Source: Macrostomum hystrix
Taxonomy: Eukaryota > Animalia > Platyhelminthes
Length of the DNA: 64,000 bases
Assembly (NCBI GenBank): GCA_950097015.1
Contig: CATNEN010000003.1
Coordinates: 5,580,001 to 5,644,000, forward strand
Direction: 5' to 3'
Each line of letters begins with the position of its first letter. The stretch's first letter is position 1. The notes beneath the pieces are model-generated. The model was not told where the DNA came from. It saw only the letters and a list, made by a program, of their open reading frames with translations, and did not search any database. Below, piece by piece: positions 22,863 through 50,812 of this stretch. The position numbers and the translations under genes are program-made.

Positions 22863-23618
22863 ATGCTCTGTAGCTTCGTCACAACTCTACTGCCGCTGTC
22901 ACAAGCGATGGCATCAAAGCTGCTGTTTCATCATCTAACACTGTTGGGAACGCTCATTGCCATAGCTACAGGACATTGCATAAGTCCATTCACTGACAGG
23001 CTCGGTAGCTGCGTCTACATCAGCGAGGACCCGGATGCCTCAAGCTGGTGCGATGCAGCCAGACGGTGTCAGAATATCGGCGGGGAGCTGCTGATGGACC
23101 TGACTGCCATTCGAGCTGTGAACCGCTGGATAAACTCGGTCTACTACATCGGAGTGACGGACCTACTGGTTGAGGCTAGACGGTCTCGCAGTGGTTGGAG
23201 ATTCGCCAACGGCTCCCTGTTTCCTGAGCTCAGTGACGCTGACTGGATGACTTCACTGCCGAATAGTGCGAGCCAAGACGACGACTTTCTGGCAGTCAGT
23301 GCCGATGGCTTGCGAGACCGGCCTCCCAGAGAGGATAAAAAGTTTGTTTGCCAGCCAGTTGCCACGCCGAACAGTTCCTATTTTAATAGAATGGACTTTC
23401 TGAAGCTGGGCAACATCAGCCCTGTCTACTGCTACACTGACGCCTCTGCGAGCTCCGAGCTGCACTGCCTGTGGCCCTGTGCGCAGCGCTGGGAGTGTCG
23501 GGCCGCCCTGTTCAACCGTGTCAGCGGCGCCTGTCGTATGCTGGACTTCGCCGACGCCAGCGTTGGTAACGGCATCGAGACTGACCCGAGCTGGGTGAAG
23601 TTCGTCAAGAAATACTGA
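22863..23618 (+). CDS. Secreted C-type lectin domain + PAN/apple domain protein, intronless
   Basis: Signal-like N-terminus; C..F....GSCVY..SWCDAARRCQNIGGEL..YYIG..W..KFVCQ; C-terminal C...CAQRWECRAALFN...GACRM. The true start may be the second Met (MASKLL). Confidence 0.8.
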   Translation: MLCSFVTTLLPLSQAMASKLLFHHLTLLGTLIAIATGHCISPFTDRLGSCVYISEDPDASSWCDAARRCQNIGGELLMDLTAIRAVNRWINSVYYIGVTDLLVEARRSRSGWRFANGSLFPELSDADWMTSLPNSASQDDDFLAVSADGLRDRPPREDKKFVCQPVATPNSSYFNRMDFLKLGNISPVYCYTDASASSELHCLWPCAQRWECRAALFNRVSGACRMLDFADASVGNGIETDPSWVKFVKKY

Positions 23619-25577
23619 GAAATACATGTCATATGTGATCTGCTTATCAGAGTTAAGTGACATGATAAATATCAAATATACCCTCCACCAATACTGGCTA
23701 GTTTTCTAGAGTCTTAAGTCTCACAATTTCTTATCCTCAGCAAACAGTCACGATTGGCATGTGTTCGTCAAAATGTCCCTGTGATTTTAGGAAACGAATA
23801 AATGTGCCGAATATGTGGCAAATTTCTCTGCACATCATTTACAATTCTGGTTTGTTAGTGAAAGACAAAGCTTAGAATTTATGCTATATTTTCAGAAAAT
23901 GCTTCCAAGTCCAACTATCTTCTACGTACGAGTTCTGCAATCTCCCATCATGCAGGACGGAATAGGTAAGACATAGACACTACATAGCAAGTCCAGCAAG
24001 TGTTAAAGTGCAAAGGCAGGGAGTTCTGCCCGACAAACAGTCAAGATACGTCTGCAGTTACTCAATACTCCCCGACTTTGTAAGTCCATTATCGGGGTGT
24101 CTCTTATACCATCTTTTGTATTTTTTTTATCAAAAAAAGCAACTAGACCTCGGGCAGATTGTGCAAGTTACTCAGACGAAATAGCTAGAGAGGAAATCTC
24201 TGCATTAGACAAACTCCCGAGTAAATTTTGAGTTTTAAAGACGTCATGTCACCAGCACTCTGTTTTTTTAAAAGCCGTTAGTGCAAATGATGCAGATTTT
24301 TAAACGATCGATTTCAATATTTTTGCATACAGAAACTTAAAACGAATTATGGAGAGCATTCGATGAAGGAGATAAAATCGAAACAACCATTAAAAAATCT
24401 ATATTGACACTGAGAAATTTTATAAAGTAAAAAAAACTTTTAGCTCCCCATTTTTTCTGTACCACTTTTCAGCGGCAGTACTTACTCTTGAAACACAGTT
24501 TCGGTAGGATTAAGCACCAACCTAGCTCTAGCTCCATCATCAGCAGCGATGTATGCAACCATTTGACCGACATACTTTGCTTTACTTAATGGTTATGGTT
24601 GGTTACTTCATGCCTTGCAAATTTTATCTGGACTAGACGATAATGACAAGAACAACAGAATAAGTTTATTTTTAAAGCATATCCTTTGTTGGCAAAACGC
24701 ACGAGCACATGCGCATTCACAGTGATTTTCGTGTTAGCCTTCATTCATGCAAATTAAGGCTAACACGCGCACGGCGACAATATTAACAAAAAGTGAATCA
24801 GAGCTAAAGCCATACAACGACCATTCATACGATGCTCGGTAAATTTTGGGTCTTTTGTTCTTGCTTTCAGCGATATTGTACAGGCACTAAGAATGGCATA
24901 GACTATATTGCATCTTGCATGCATGGATGGGATGGGATGCAATCAAGTTGAGACTTTCCAGTTTATGGCACATGAACCAGCAAAGTCGAAGTCTGAATGA
25001 AAGATGATGCGCTCTTTAGTCTGATAACTTCATAAAAAACACAGACTTGAATCATAGGGCAACAGTACGTGCAACATTTAACTGGACCGAGACGTCCGGA
25101 GATTATTTCTATTATCGCATATACTTTAAATGCGTGCCATAAACATCTTATTAAATCAATGAAAAGGTAATGCCATTCTTTCAAAACTTGGTAACCTATT
25201 AGTATGACCTTGTTAGTATTTAAATGTCTTAAAATATTTTTACTTTTTTGCAACAGACTTTTTATTTTCATTTTATTTTGCATTACCATTATGTTCAACT
25301 TGAAAAATCTGTTACGTTTTCTGAGAGTAGACCTAACTTACAGAAATTTTATTTAGAACTGTAACTGTTTGCGGATACAGTTTTTGTGTACGACATATAA
25401 ATATATATAAGCCGTCCCGTCCCATTTGCTTTATCTAATAAAAGTCATTATTTTTTGCTAAACTTTTGTGTCGCAGTACTTTTTAGTTAAATATTAAAGT
25501 GGTTTATAATTTTTTGTAATGTATATAATTTATCCTAATTTTAGATAAATATTTTCTTTCTCCTAAATATTAAAGCT

Positions 25578-36083
<10,506 letters not shown>

Positions 36084-36567
36084 GGCCGGCTATAGAACTG
36101 CACTGCACCCAAACCAATCTAATGCAAACTAATCTAATACATTATCATGTATGGTGGACTGCTTACATAATGTCATTTTTGGGGCAAACTAACAATCGGC
36201 ATGCCCCTTCCAAAGGCTGTGTACAACTGTTTAGTCCATAGACGCCCATAGTCCATATATTGCTGTTTAATTTCTATCTCTCTTTTTCTCGTACTGTTTG
36301 AATACTGTAACAAAGTATGCCGTTTCTTCGCTTTGTTTGTTTTAATTTTATTCACAATACAATAAATGCAACTGCAATTAAATCTATTAAAAGCCTAATG
36401 CACAATGAAAATAATAGCACAAGCTTAAACTTGTTAATTCGTAGTTTCATACATCAATTTTTGGCAAAAATGGCACAAAAAGCATCACATAGATGCGAAT
36501 ATGATAATAAATTTCTATTTAGTAAAATTTAGCATGATTTCAAACAGAATAAATTCAACCAAAAGTT

Positions 36568-39204
36568 CTACAATACACCAAGAGCCTCGCCAACTTTCAC
36601 CCGTTGTCCTGCCTGCACTCTAAATTTAAATTCACCAGGAGCTTCAAACAGCAGTACAATTGTGCTGCCCAAATTGAATTCGCCAAATAATTCGCCTTTG
36701 CTTAGAGACAGGCCGTCAGAGTCTGATGTGAAATGCAAGTCTCGATAAGCTGCTAGCGGCTTGTCACTGTTAGTGGTCAGATCCTGAGAGGGTGAGAGAA
36801 ACATGTTTTATGGTGTTGCAATTTAACATCCCTGCCATCTCTACCCTCTCCCTGCCATCTCTACCCTCTTCCTACTATCTCTACCCTCTCCCTACTATCT
36901 CTACCCCTTCCCTGCCATCTCTACATTCTCCCTGCCATCTCTACCCTCTCCCTGCCATCTCTACACTCTCCCTGCCATCTCTACCCTCTTCCTACTATCT
37001 CTACCCTCTCCCTACTATCTCTACCCCCTCCCTGCCATCTCTACATTCTCCCTGCCATCTCTACCCTCTCCCTACTATCTCTACCCTCTCCCTACAATCT
37101 ACAGTCTCTGACTGCCATCTCTACCCTCTCCCTGCCATCTCTACCCTCTCCCTGCAATCTCCACCCTCTCCCTGCCATATCTACCCTCTCCCTACTATCT
37201 CTACCCTCTCCCTACTATCTCCCCCCTCCCCCCTACTATCTCTACCCTCTCCCTACTATCTCTACCCTCTCCCTACTATCTCTACCCTCCCCCTACTATC
37301 TCTACCCTCTCCCTGCAACAGTCTCTGACTGCCATCTCTACCATCTCCCTGCCATCTCCAGTCTCTCCCTGCCATCTCTACCATCTCCCTGCCATCTCTA
37401 CCATCTCCCTGCCATCTCTACCATCTCCCTGCCATCTCTACCATCTCCCTGCCATCTCTGTCCTCTCCCTGCGATCTCTACCCTCCCCCTACTATCTCTA
37501 CCCTCTCCCTGCAACAGTCTCTGACTGCCATCTCTACCATCTCCCTGCCATCTCCAGTCTCTCCCTGCGATCTCTACCCTCTCCCTGCAATCTACAGTCT
37601 CCCTGCCATCTCTACCATCTCCCTGCCACTCTCTGCCATCTATACTCTCTCCCTGCCATCTCTACCCTCTCCCTACCATCTCTACTCTCTCCCTACCATC
37701 TCTACCCTCTCCCAGCCATCTCTACAGTCTTTCCCTGTCATCTCCAGTCTCACCCTGCCATCTTCACCCTCCCCTCTGTCTAGCAATCCCATATAACTGA
37801 CCGAGTCAGCGTAGATCCGAATGGAGCCAACATTAGTAGCTCCAACAGCGGCATAGGCAAAGAAGCCATGCTCCCAATGGCCAGTGTAAATCGCTCGCTC
37901 GTTCAAACAGAAAAGGCCGCCTAGTTTAGCAGCCAGATACGGTGAGACTGACATCAGATAGCCTGGAAAATGTCGACGTTTCAACGCTTGCCAATCTGCA
38001 GCCGAATGGAATCTGTGATAGTCACCAGGGGACAAATAGATGACGCAATGGTACAGATCGTTACTGCCCTTGCTCTTTAGCTGAGAATAATAGCTTGAGT
38101 CTGGTACGCGCGAAGAAGCGGACACTGCATCTTCATCACCGCACAATGGACCGAGGAATCCCTGAAGAAAAAATTGTGTGAATGTGATGTTATGGTGGTG
38201 AATAATAATACTATTAACTGAATGAGGGCTGTGGGCGATTGCACAAGCTTGGGGACACTAGACCCGCAGCCAGCGAGGAGGCAATTCTGCCTATTTCCTG
38301 AACACACGCTCACACAGAAGTGTGTACATCTGCCCTGACTTTCTCATCGTGTCTTGAAGGTCGGCACTCAACGGCGTGAATTGCACGACAAGCCCCCAAG
38401 CCTTCTCTCCGCGGCTGCGCACCGAATGTGTGTGGCCTCGCCGCGGCTTCGAGCTCAGGGACCTTGGTGCGAGAGGCAAATGCTTTAGTCGTTCTGCCAC
38501 TCACCCTCAAGATGTTGGGTGAATGTCCGAGGGAGTTGATGAGGTTTGGGTCGGGTCGGGTGAATGTCTTTTAGATGATAAAGTGGAGGGTAAAAGGATG
38601 AGCTGAGGTGACGCTAATGGCTGCTCGAGTTAGCAAGATTACCTGAGCTTACCTGAAGCGTATAATCGACACCCTTGACTTGTTCCAATCGGCCATCGGG
38701 CTCAACCCGGCCCAGGTGCAATACCAGGCCGTCAGCGGGAGCCACAAGTTTGGTGTCAGTGTCCACAGGCCTGGCTCCGGGCACTAATTCGCGCCGGAAA
38801 AATTCTGATAAATTTTTGAATTTTGTCAGATTGTCACTGTTGACAGCTTCGTCCAGGTTGCAAGAGAACAGCCAAGCGTAGGAGTTGTAGATTGGCTGGC
38901 GAGCAAATTTTGGCAGATCCATTTGGTGGCAGCGACCCCACAGGCGGGACAGAGCATTGAGGGGCATTCGTCGGTATGCTTGAAGCTTTGGAAAATTTTT
39001 GGCTTCACTAATTGTATTTTGTGAATTCGAAATATCATGCCATTAAACCAGAACCTTAAAATTTCTCACCATCAATGACGAATCTTCCATGTAAATGGCA
39101 TTCCAATTTTCCTTTTCTTTAGTAGTCAGCGGTCTGAAGAGAACCCAAGAACTGTAAGCCAAGGAGCAGCCAACACTGGTGCCCAAAATACTTTTTAATC
39201 GCAT
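36568..39204 (-). CDS. PISD: Phosphatidylserine decarboxylase proenzyme, mitochondrial type; exons 39204-39070, 38985-38653, 38161-37802, 36783-36568
   Basis: SEFFRREL..RP, VAPADG, EQVKGVDY, YLSPGDYHRFHS, NERA, VGATNVGSI and the autocleavage motif GEFNLGSTIVL. All introns are phase-0 GT-AG. Confidence 0.95.
36829..37775. repeat. 20-bp pyrimidine-rich minisatellite (CCTGCCATCTCTACCCTCTC)n filling PISD intron 3
   Basis: Visible unit. Confidence 0.93.
38200..38510 (-). mobile_element. SINE family A copy in PISD intron 2
   Basis: Homologous to 12555-12917 including the head (GAGTGGCAGAACGACTAAAGC) and the TTA tail. Confidence 0.85.
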
Positions 39205-39540
39205 GGCTTATGAAATTGTTGAAATAAAAGCATAACATTATATTATTATACTATTAATATAAAATGCAATAAACCAATAAAGCCACAATTAGGTAGATAA
39301 CAGGTAATAAATATTAGTGAGGGAAGTAATTCTTATTATGATCAATCAAATAACTAACTAAAAGAAGATAATTCTTTTATTTTACAGAGAAATTTATAAC
39401 TAAGCAATAGTTCCTAATAATATGTCAATACAAAGAACTTCTTTGCAGCTATTCACACACAAAATCTACTTGCACTGAATAGGCTGGCATTTGCTATCCT
39501 TTAAATTGGCTAGGCCTACAAATCCTACAATCTTTATTCA

Positions 39541-39812
39541 CATACATGCGCAACACCCGGCCGAGCCGGCTGGGTGAAATGAGGGCCAAGCAAGGTAAGT
39601 CGCAAAAACCAATCGACCAAGCGCAAAAAAATCAAAGGGGGGACCAAGGGACAAAAAAGGAAGGCGTGAAGAAAAGGAAAAAAGGGAGAGAAAAAGAGAG
39701 CAAATGAGAGCAAACTAAGTCGTAAATAGAGCAATGAAACGAACTAAGTTGCAAATGAGAGCAAAAACTAAGTCGCACAGCCGGCTAAGATTTGGGAGGT
39801 TGCGCATGCATG
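39541..39812. mobile_element. Non-autonomous hAT-like MITE, copy 1
   Basis: TIR CATACATGCGCAAC...GTTGCGCATGCATG; 8-bp TSD TTTATTCA at 39533-39540 and 39813-39820. Confidence 0.85.
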
Positions 39813-41554
39813 TTTATTCAACATACAAATGGCTAATTATGTGATTTCAAAACTTTCTTGCTTTTTTGAAAGTGAACTTTGTTCTATTGCCAAATACTAG
39901 GTAGGTAACATACCTTTATGAGCAATGCCTATTATGACATTAAAATAATGCTGAGTAGGTATATTAATAACAATAATTTATCATTTAGATTCTGATCAAT
40001 TTAATATTTGGCCAGCTAATTAGCTATTTTGTGACCATTAAGAATATGTAGACATAGTAGTCCTTATGATATGCTAGCTGCCTAGCCATACTTTAAATGC
40101 TTAAAAGCTAAGCAAATATGAATGGCAAAGTAGCCAAGAGCACTTTAGGCTAGGCTAGGTTACACAAAATTGCTAAAACCATAAAAAACAGCAAGCAAGC
40201 AAGCTATCTAAAGTCAAAGCAGCATATAGCTAGCTAGAAACTAACTGGGTATATTTTAGGGCCTATGAAAACAACAAGACCTATCATTTGCAACTGCATA
40301 CTAGCCATGGCCACATTTTTTTCTGTTTAGTATTCTATTTTCAGCACATTTTATTTAGGACAATTTTTTTACTAGAGTTGAAGCCTTAGGTTAAAGCCTG
40401 AGCAATAAAAAAAGAAAGACAAAGCTACAAATAATAGTGTTGAACAGGTAAAAAGAGGCCAATAAAAAAGCACTGTACTCATTAAAAAGGTATCAGTTTT
40501 TTTCCATATTTGTTATTTAATGAATCTGTTGATGTGATTGCTTTGAAGTTATAGAATATTTTAATTAACACAAATGCATCTAGAAAATGCAATGAAAATG
40601 TATATGAAATTTTGTTCCAGATAAGTTAAGTACAAGTAAGACACAATGAAAGTGGTCAGTTTAGCACTTAAAAGTTTTAATAAAATTTTTAGCTGAAAAT
40701 ATTAACGTCTTTATGAATAAAATTCAAAGCACACTTGAAAATACTACATTTTGTTAGTATATAAATTACAACTTTAACAAAAAAATGTTTTGTAACAGCA
40801 AGAGCTCAATAAAAACAAAGAATATTCTATTCTAAAAAAAGAGGACGAAGAAGTTAATTAATTTTTCTACTTTATGACTCTTGATAAGGCCTAGTCAAGT
40901 CAGTTTGTATAAAGCAACACATTAAAGTGTTGTCTCGATCAATGCATGTGTCTGAATATGTCTAAGAAAATTACTAATTTGTACTTAAATTCTAAAACAT
41001 TATCAATATAATTTCCTTATAATCCTTATTGAAAGCTTTTGCTCAATAAAATCGAAAATATTTTTCGCCAAATAAACAATTAATAATATTTTTTGAGATA
41101 TTGTTAAACTTGTTGTATTTCTAAAAGTCGCGCGTGATTAAAAAAAAGAAAATAAAATTGAGCAAACCGCCCCCAAAGGTTTGCTTTTTTGCCGATGGAT
41201 ATTCAGATTGATATTTGATGAATCAATAATTCTATAAAATTAAACAAGCTCCGAGTGTCGAAACTTTATATTCTCCGTACAGCAACCGATAGGAATAATA
41301 ATAATGTGAATTGTGAACACTGAGTTTAAGCTAGTCCTATTTAAGTAATGAGATAGTAAACATGATTCAGTAGTACATTAATAAAAGTGAATGCCAAAGA
41401 CAAATATTAATGGCTTCTAAGATTTAATGACAATAGCTAGCCAAATATCCTAGTCCTTGCTAAGACTAGTCTAAGAGGCTTAGATAGATGCTTAATAAAT
41501 AAATAAATTGTAAATAAATGTATAATTAATTTGTAATTAAACTAATTATTAATC

Positions 41555-41730
41555 AATTCACCCAGCTGTTAAATGGGTGCTATTATCAACACGGGTAATT
41601 AAGGCTCGGTATGGCTTCAATCCAGTCCATGGAAAGCATTCAGCTGCACCATGCAATAGCTGTGACTGTGCTGTCAGCTTCATGTCTGGCCTAATTAGGG
41701 CAAGTGTAATCAATTATTATTATTATTATA
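41555..41730 (+). mobile_element. SINE family B, 5'-truncated
   Basis: TTCACCCAGCTGTTAAATGGGTGC..CAGTCCATGG..GGGCAAGTGTAATCAATTATTATT. Confidence 0.7.
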
Positions 41731-41897
41731 ATATTATTTTAGGACTGTGGGCTATGCTGCCTACCTTACAAGCTAATAGCATATATATTAGCTTTATTGA
41801 TATCCCCTTTCCAATCTGTTTTAACATTTTAAACAGTTTTCCAGCATTAAAATACTGACTTAAAATATTGATTTTGCTGAAATGAAATGACATATAT

Positions 41898-42219
41898 CAT
41901 ACATGCGCAACACCCAGCCTACCCGAATGAACCGGCCGGGTGAAACGAGGGCCAAGCATGGTAAGTTGCAAAAATCAATCAACCAAGCGCAAAAAAATCA
42001 AAGGAGGGACCAAGGGACAAAAAAGGAAGGCGTGAAGAAAAGGAAAAAGGGGAGAGAAAAAGAGAGCAAATAAGAGCAAACTAAGTCGTAAATAGAGCAA
42101 TGAAACCAACTAAGTCGCAAATGAGAGCAAAAACTAAGTCGCACGGCCGGCTAAGATTTGGGAGGTTGCGTGTATGCATGTATGTATGTATGTATGTAGG
42201 CCTATGTATTGCATGTATG
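41898..42219. mobile_element. Non-autonomous hAT-like MITE, copy 2 (TATG expansion at the right end)
   Basis: Near-identical interior to copy 1; 8-bp TSD ACATATAT at 41890-41897 and 42220-42227. Confidence 0.85.
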
Positions 42220-43649
42220 ACATATATGATTAGGTTACAAGGTTTTGAATAAGTTAGTTATCAGTGCTTTTTAATTTTATTTACATTTTAAAGCTTTGAG
42301 TTTAACTGTCAGACTTTAGAAAGATAAAAGTAGGCTTTACCAAACAAAATGTCTATTGTTTGGTATAGGCCCTAAGAATTCAGATTTGTAAGTAAGTCTT
42401 TTCAAAGCTTTGAAAGGAATTATTATTTTCATAACTATAACCTTTGCTAAGATTTCTTATGTCTTGGAATTAATGGACTATGGACAACAGCAAGCATGTT
42501 CAATGAGATATTTTAAGTACTAGATTTTCCTGTGCATCTAATATAATCTTTGTCTGCATGCTTGACAGGGTATCTTAAATATTAGGGTAATGTATCATCA
42601 ACCAAACAATAGTGTGTATTTTTTAACTTCAAACCTAAGCTACAGGTTTTCTATTTAAGATATGATGATAAATCAAACGCCAAGTTATAGAAAACAGTTA
42701 CATCTTTCTAAAAAGTATCTGCTTTTGCTATTTTGTCAAATAGAAAAAAGTTTTTCCTGCTTTTCATAAAAAACTGAACAATGATTTTCATGTATCCTTA
42801 AACCAAATGGAGAGTTTGATGTTCGGTTTTACAATTTGATTGAGTGGTTTAATCTTATTTTAAGGAGTGAACTATCATGAATTATGTCATTTGAAATCAT
42901 TTTTTGTTCTCTATAAATAACTGCATTTATGGTCATTTAATTGGCAAGCAACCACATACAATCTTCGTCTGAAGTACATACTGAAAAATGTTGTTAAAAA
43001 GTATGCTTTTGCAATAAATTTTTTTACTAAAACATCAATATCTTTCTTTCCAGTTAATGCTTCATTGCACGTCATGCCTCAGCTTGTAGATCATTTCTTT
43101 GACTTTCAAATTAGTTCTGTGAAACCCAATAGCTTGTTTCTGTCTTGCACGAGACCAAGGAAGGAGTCAAAATTATTGTTCAGTTTTGAAGATACACTGT
43201 TCGGTTGATGATACACTACCCTTTTGTAAACTAGCTATGTGTATAAACTTTTTAATTGTGGGATAAGTTTTGTGCAACCCACTTAGCCTTTAAAACTGAT
43301 CTATTTGTACATTTTACACTTTTTAGTTTAATAGTTATTTTAGAGTGCTGAGGTGTTACTGTAACTAACATTTTGTATGTTGGTTTTTGTAGTATTTAAT
43401 GGTGTGTAGTCTCTAGGTGGTATCTGGATTTTAGATATTTCAAGCTTACTTTCAAGTGAAGTTTCAATTATTTATATGTTTGGAATATTTCATTTTTCCA
43501 TTGCAGTACCATCAAATGTGCTCTGAACAGTGAAAAAAACTTAGAAACAGCAATTAACAACCTGTGTTGTGCCCTTGGAACTGTATTCATTAGTTTGTTG
43601 AATAATATTGTAAATCATTCAGACAATTGAACTTAAACAATCGACTCTA

Positions 43650-47442
<3,793 letters not shown>

Positions 47443-48194
47443 ACTGTAGGAATCTGTCCTTTAACTCTATTCACAAGTCTGTTTCATTATTACTTATAAA
47501 TTTAAAGTCATGTTTATTTACCATGTTATTAATTTGGGTCCATTGTAACTGCTTAGATGCATATTTAGTCATGCTAAACTAAATCTAAGTCTTAATACCG
47601 CGCGGTAAAATATTATAAGGGTAGTAGTTTTATCGGCTTTGAGATCTCCTTATAAATCGATCTTTTTTATACTTGGTCATATTTATATTTGTCTCATCCT
47701 ACTAGCAGTAGTACTGCTTTACTACTAAACAGTAAAAGCACGTCTCGACTTTGTTTATAAATTGTCGATGAAGTTGGCTCACTGTTTTTTGCAAATTATT
47801 ATTTATCTGGACCTAAAAAAGTTTCTTTTTTTTGTCAAAACTTGCAACAAGAAAACAGATTTTTTCTTTGAATTTAAATTCCTTTCAAGTCGTGTTTGTG
47901 TTTGTATTTGTATTACATTACATTACCTAACGTATCTGCTTGGAGCTTGCAACTCACTATCTTGTTTTAGAAATACATTTTCTAGGCCTTTTCCTTATTT
48001 CTCTGCAACGGTAGTCAATTTAGTCAATTTATGTCGGTCAGAAGCGGTCGAAGCAAGAGTTGATTTTTTGCAATTTATCTTATTTAACCGTTTTTAGTGC
48101 ATTATTTCATGTTGCAACATTTCTTTTTTTCGTAGCGGTAGCAATTTCCAGTCTAACAGCTTGCTTAGAGTGGGAATTAAAATAAAAATCGTAA

Positions 48195-48785
48195 TTGGAA
48201 TCGTACTAGGAATCGTAGCTAGAAAGGTAGCAAGAATCGTAAGGGAATCGTAGCTAGAGGGTAGCTAGAATCGTACTAGGAATCTTAGCTAGAGGGTGTA
48301 GCTAGAATCGAAGCTAGAATCGTAGCTAGGAAGGTAGCTAGAATCGTATTAGGAATCGTAGCTAGAATCGTACCAGGAATCGTAGCTAGAGGGTAGCTAG
48401 AATCGTACTAGGAATCGTAGCTAGGGGGTGTAGCTAGAATCGAAGCTAGAATCGTACCAGGAATCGTAGCTAGAGGGTAGCTAGAATCGTACTAGGAATC
48501 GTAGCTAGGGGGTGTAGCTATAATCGAAGCTAGTTGCTAGAGGGTAGCTAGAATCGTACTATGAATCGTAGCTAGAGGGTGTAGCTAGAATCGAAGCTAG
48601 AATCGTACCAGGAATCGTAGCTAGGAAGGTAGCTAGAATCGTATTAGGAATCGTAGGAATCGTACCAGGAATCGTAGCAAGAATGGAATCAGAAAATATA
48701 TCTAGAAAGAAACTAGGAATCGTACAAGGAATCGTAGCTAGAATTAAATCAGAAAAAATAACTAGAATGAAACTGATAATCGTAC
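48195..48785. repeat. Complex GAATCGTAGCTA-type minisatellite downstream of DYRK1
   Basis: Mixed 10-13-bp subunits (GAATCGTAGCTA, GAATCGTACTAG, GAGGGTAGCTA). The same family recurs at 60275-60611. Confidence 0.9.
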
Positions 48786-49924
48786 TTCAAACGTGTGTGC
48801 TTCATTGCAATAAATAGCCACTTGTTACTTTTGCTTATTTACTAAGCTGTAATGTTTCTGGGTAGCCGTTGCATATACTGCCTTGATGTACTGTCGAGCC
48901 GCTTATTTTGTCATTTTGTTGTCTGTTGTTCTGTTTGCCTTTTCAGTTTGAAAAAAACTTTTTCTCTTAAAGTTTTATATGCTGTTTTATTTAAGTGTGC
49001 AAATATATGGCATATAAATACATGATTGAGTATGGATTATATTTATTATTAAGCACAACCGCTTTATAGTTGCAGCGGGTTTTGTAAATTTTTATATAAT
49101 TCGCACTGCCTCCTCTCTCTCTCTCTCTCGATATGTTTATTTCTAATAACTTATTGCTGGTCAGACAAGCTGAGAGCTGTAGATTACATGCATTCATATT
49201 TATAACTACACTACTGTTAGTACCGCTTAGCGGTCTCGCGTCTCGTTCTGCTTTTGTTCTATAACTTTAAAAACTGTCGCGTCGTTTCTCTTGGTTTTAA
49301 TATGATAATTTGAATAAATCGATTGCAATGCACAGCAAATAAGTAGTTGCTTTCTTAAAAAAGCAGACGATGACGGATTTTCATACTAATAATAATCACA
49401 TTTTTGCCAATAAAATATCAGCTAATTCATAACTCATAATTGTTGCTTTTTTAGTCTTGTTTTGTTATATCTTTTGTTTCTTTAAAGTTGCATAGACAAA
49501 CAAGTTCTGAAAAGGTTCAGTTTCTGAAAACTATTTTAGCGTTTAACAATTTAAAAAATCGACAGTGGCACACAAAAGTGACACACAGAACTCTATGTGC
49601 TCAGAGTTCATAGCCAGGGCCCGTGACAGTGGGGTGCGCTCTCTAACACCCTCGAGAGGTCCTTGCTAGCACCCCATTGCCACCTCCCCTGGCAACGCCC
49701 CTGAGATAAAGATCAGCTGAGCCAGAACCGCCCCTTCTAGGCGAGGTTGTCTCTTAGCTCTTGCCCTGGATTCCAGCTTAACTTGACCATTAGCTTAACT
49801 GGCTAATAGTTAAAGAGAAGTTAAAGATTCGCACTACTTACCACGAGAGGTCGGAAGTTCAAATCCTGCCTTAGTTAATCTGTTTGTGTCCTTGAGCTAC
49901 CTTCCATCTAGTCCAAGGACTGAA

Positions 49925-50080
49925 AAGCTTAGAGCGTCGGACTCACGACTTGTAGGTCAGGGGTTCGATTCCCGACTCCTTGTGGAACAATTTGTGTCCA
50001 TTTAGCAACTCTGAATTGCTTAAATTCACCCAGCTGTTGAATGGTGTCAGCATTAGCTGGGTTAATTAAGGGTGGGTCTA
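49925..50080 (+). mobile_element. SINE family B, 3'-truncated
   Basis: TTAGAGCGTCGGACTCACGACTTG..GGTTCGATTCCCGAC..TTCACCCAGCTGTTGAATGG. Confidence 0.75.
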
Positions 50081-50812
50081 CATTGTCTACATTGGAATTA
50101 TAGTAAGCAAAAAAATCAATTACGTTAGAACCTGAATATAGAATATTTTGAGGTTTTTAATTGAATCTTCTGTGCTTAATTGAATCTAGTTAGATTGATT
50201 TGGGATAAGTACTTCACCGCCAAACATAAATTAGTCCCGTCTGCTCTTTTATTGTAGGCATAAAACCTTTTCCAGCTAATCACTTCATGTTTCATCGTCT
50301 CTGATTGTTTTGTTCCCTAATAAATCTGCCAGATTGAGAGGCCCGACTGCTCAAAGAAACAAGGCTAGACTCACTTCCAGTATCCGGTATGGCCATCAAT
50401 TTGCAATCAAACTAATTGGCATTATCGCTAAGTGTATCACAAGCCTCACAGCGTCAATATGGGCTAGATTGGCCTATAAACCTGGCGCCAAACATCTACG
50501 TTTTCCCCTTAATGCCGTTTGTGGCACGACATGCTCTCTAATATTAAGGCCACGCAGGAAAAACAAAGAACTGCACTTCCGATTGTATCATGCGGCCAAG
50601 GGTTGATGCAGAATTGGATGCGAGGAAAAGCTTGCCGAGTTGTCAAGACTCAATCAGGGAGAGTGCTTTTTGAGTAAATGAAAATTTACTACTTGCAGTT
50701 TCAACGCCTGTGTTAACCAGACTTAAACAAATGCGGTGTATAAAATGTATCCAACCAGACCAGAAATACAAACGCTGCCGATCGAAACATCATCTCGCCG
50801 AGCTGCATCGAA

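Noticed and set aside
23700-25450. Possible decayed transposon or small ORFs between the lectin and SANBR genes
   Set aside because: No recognisable domain, TIR or TSD that I can support.
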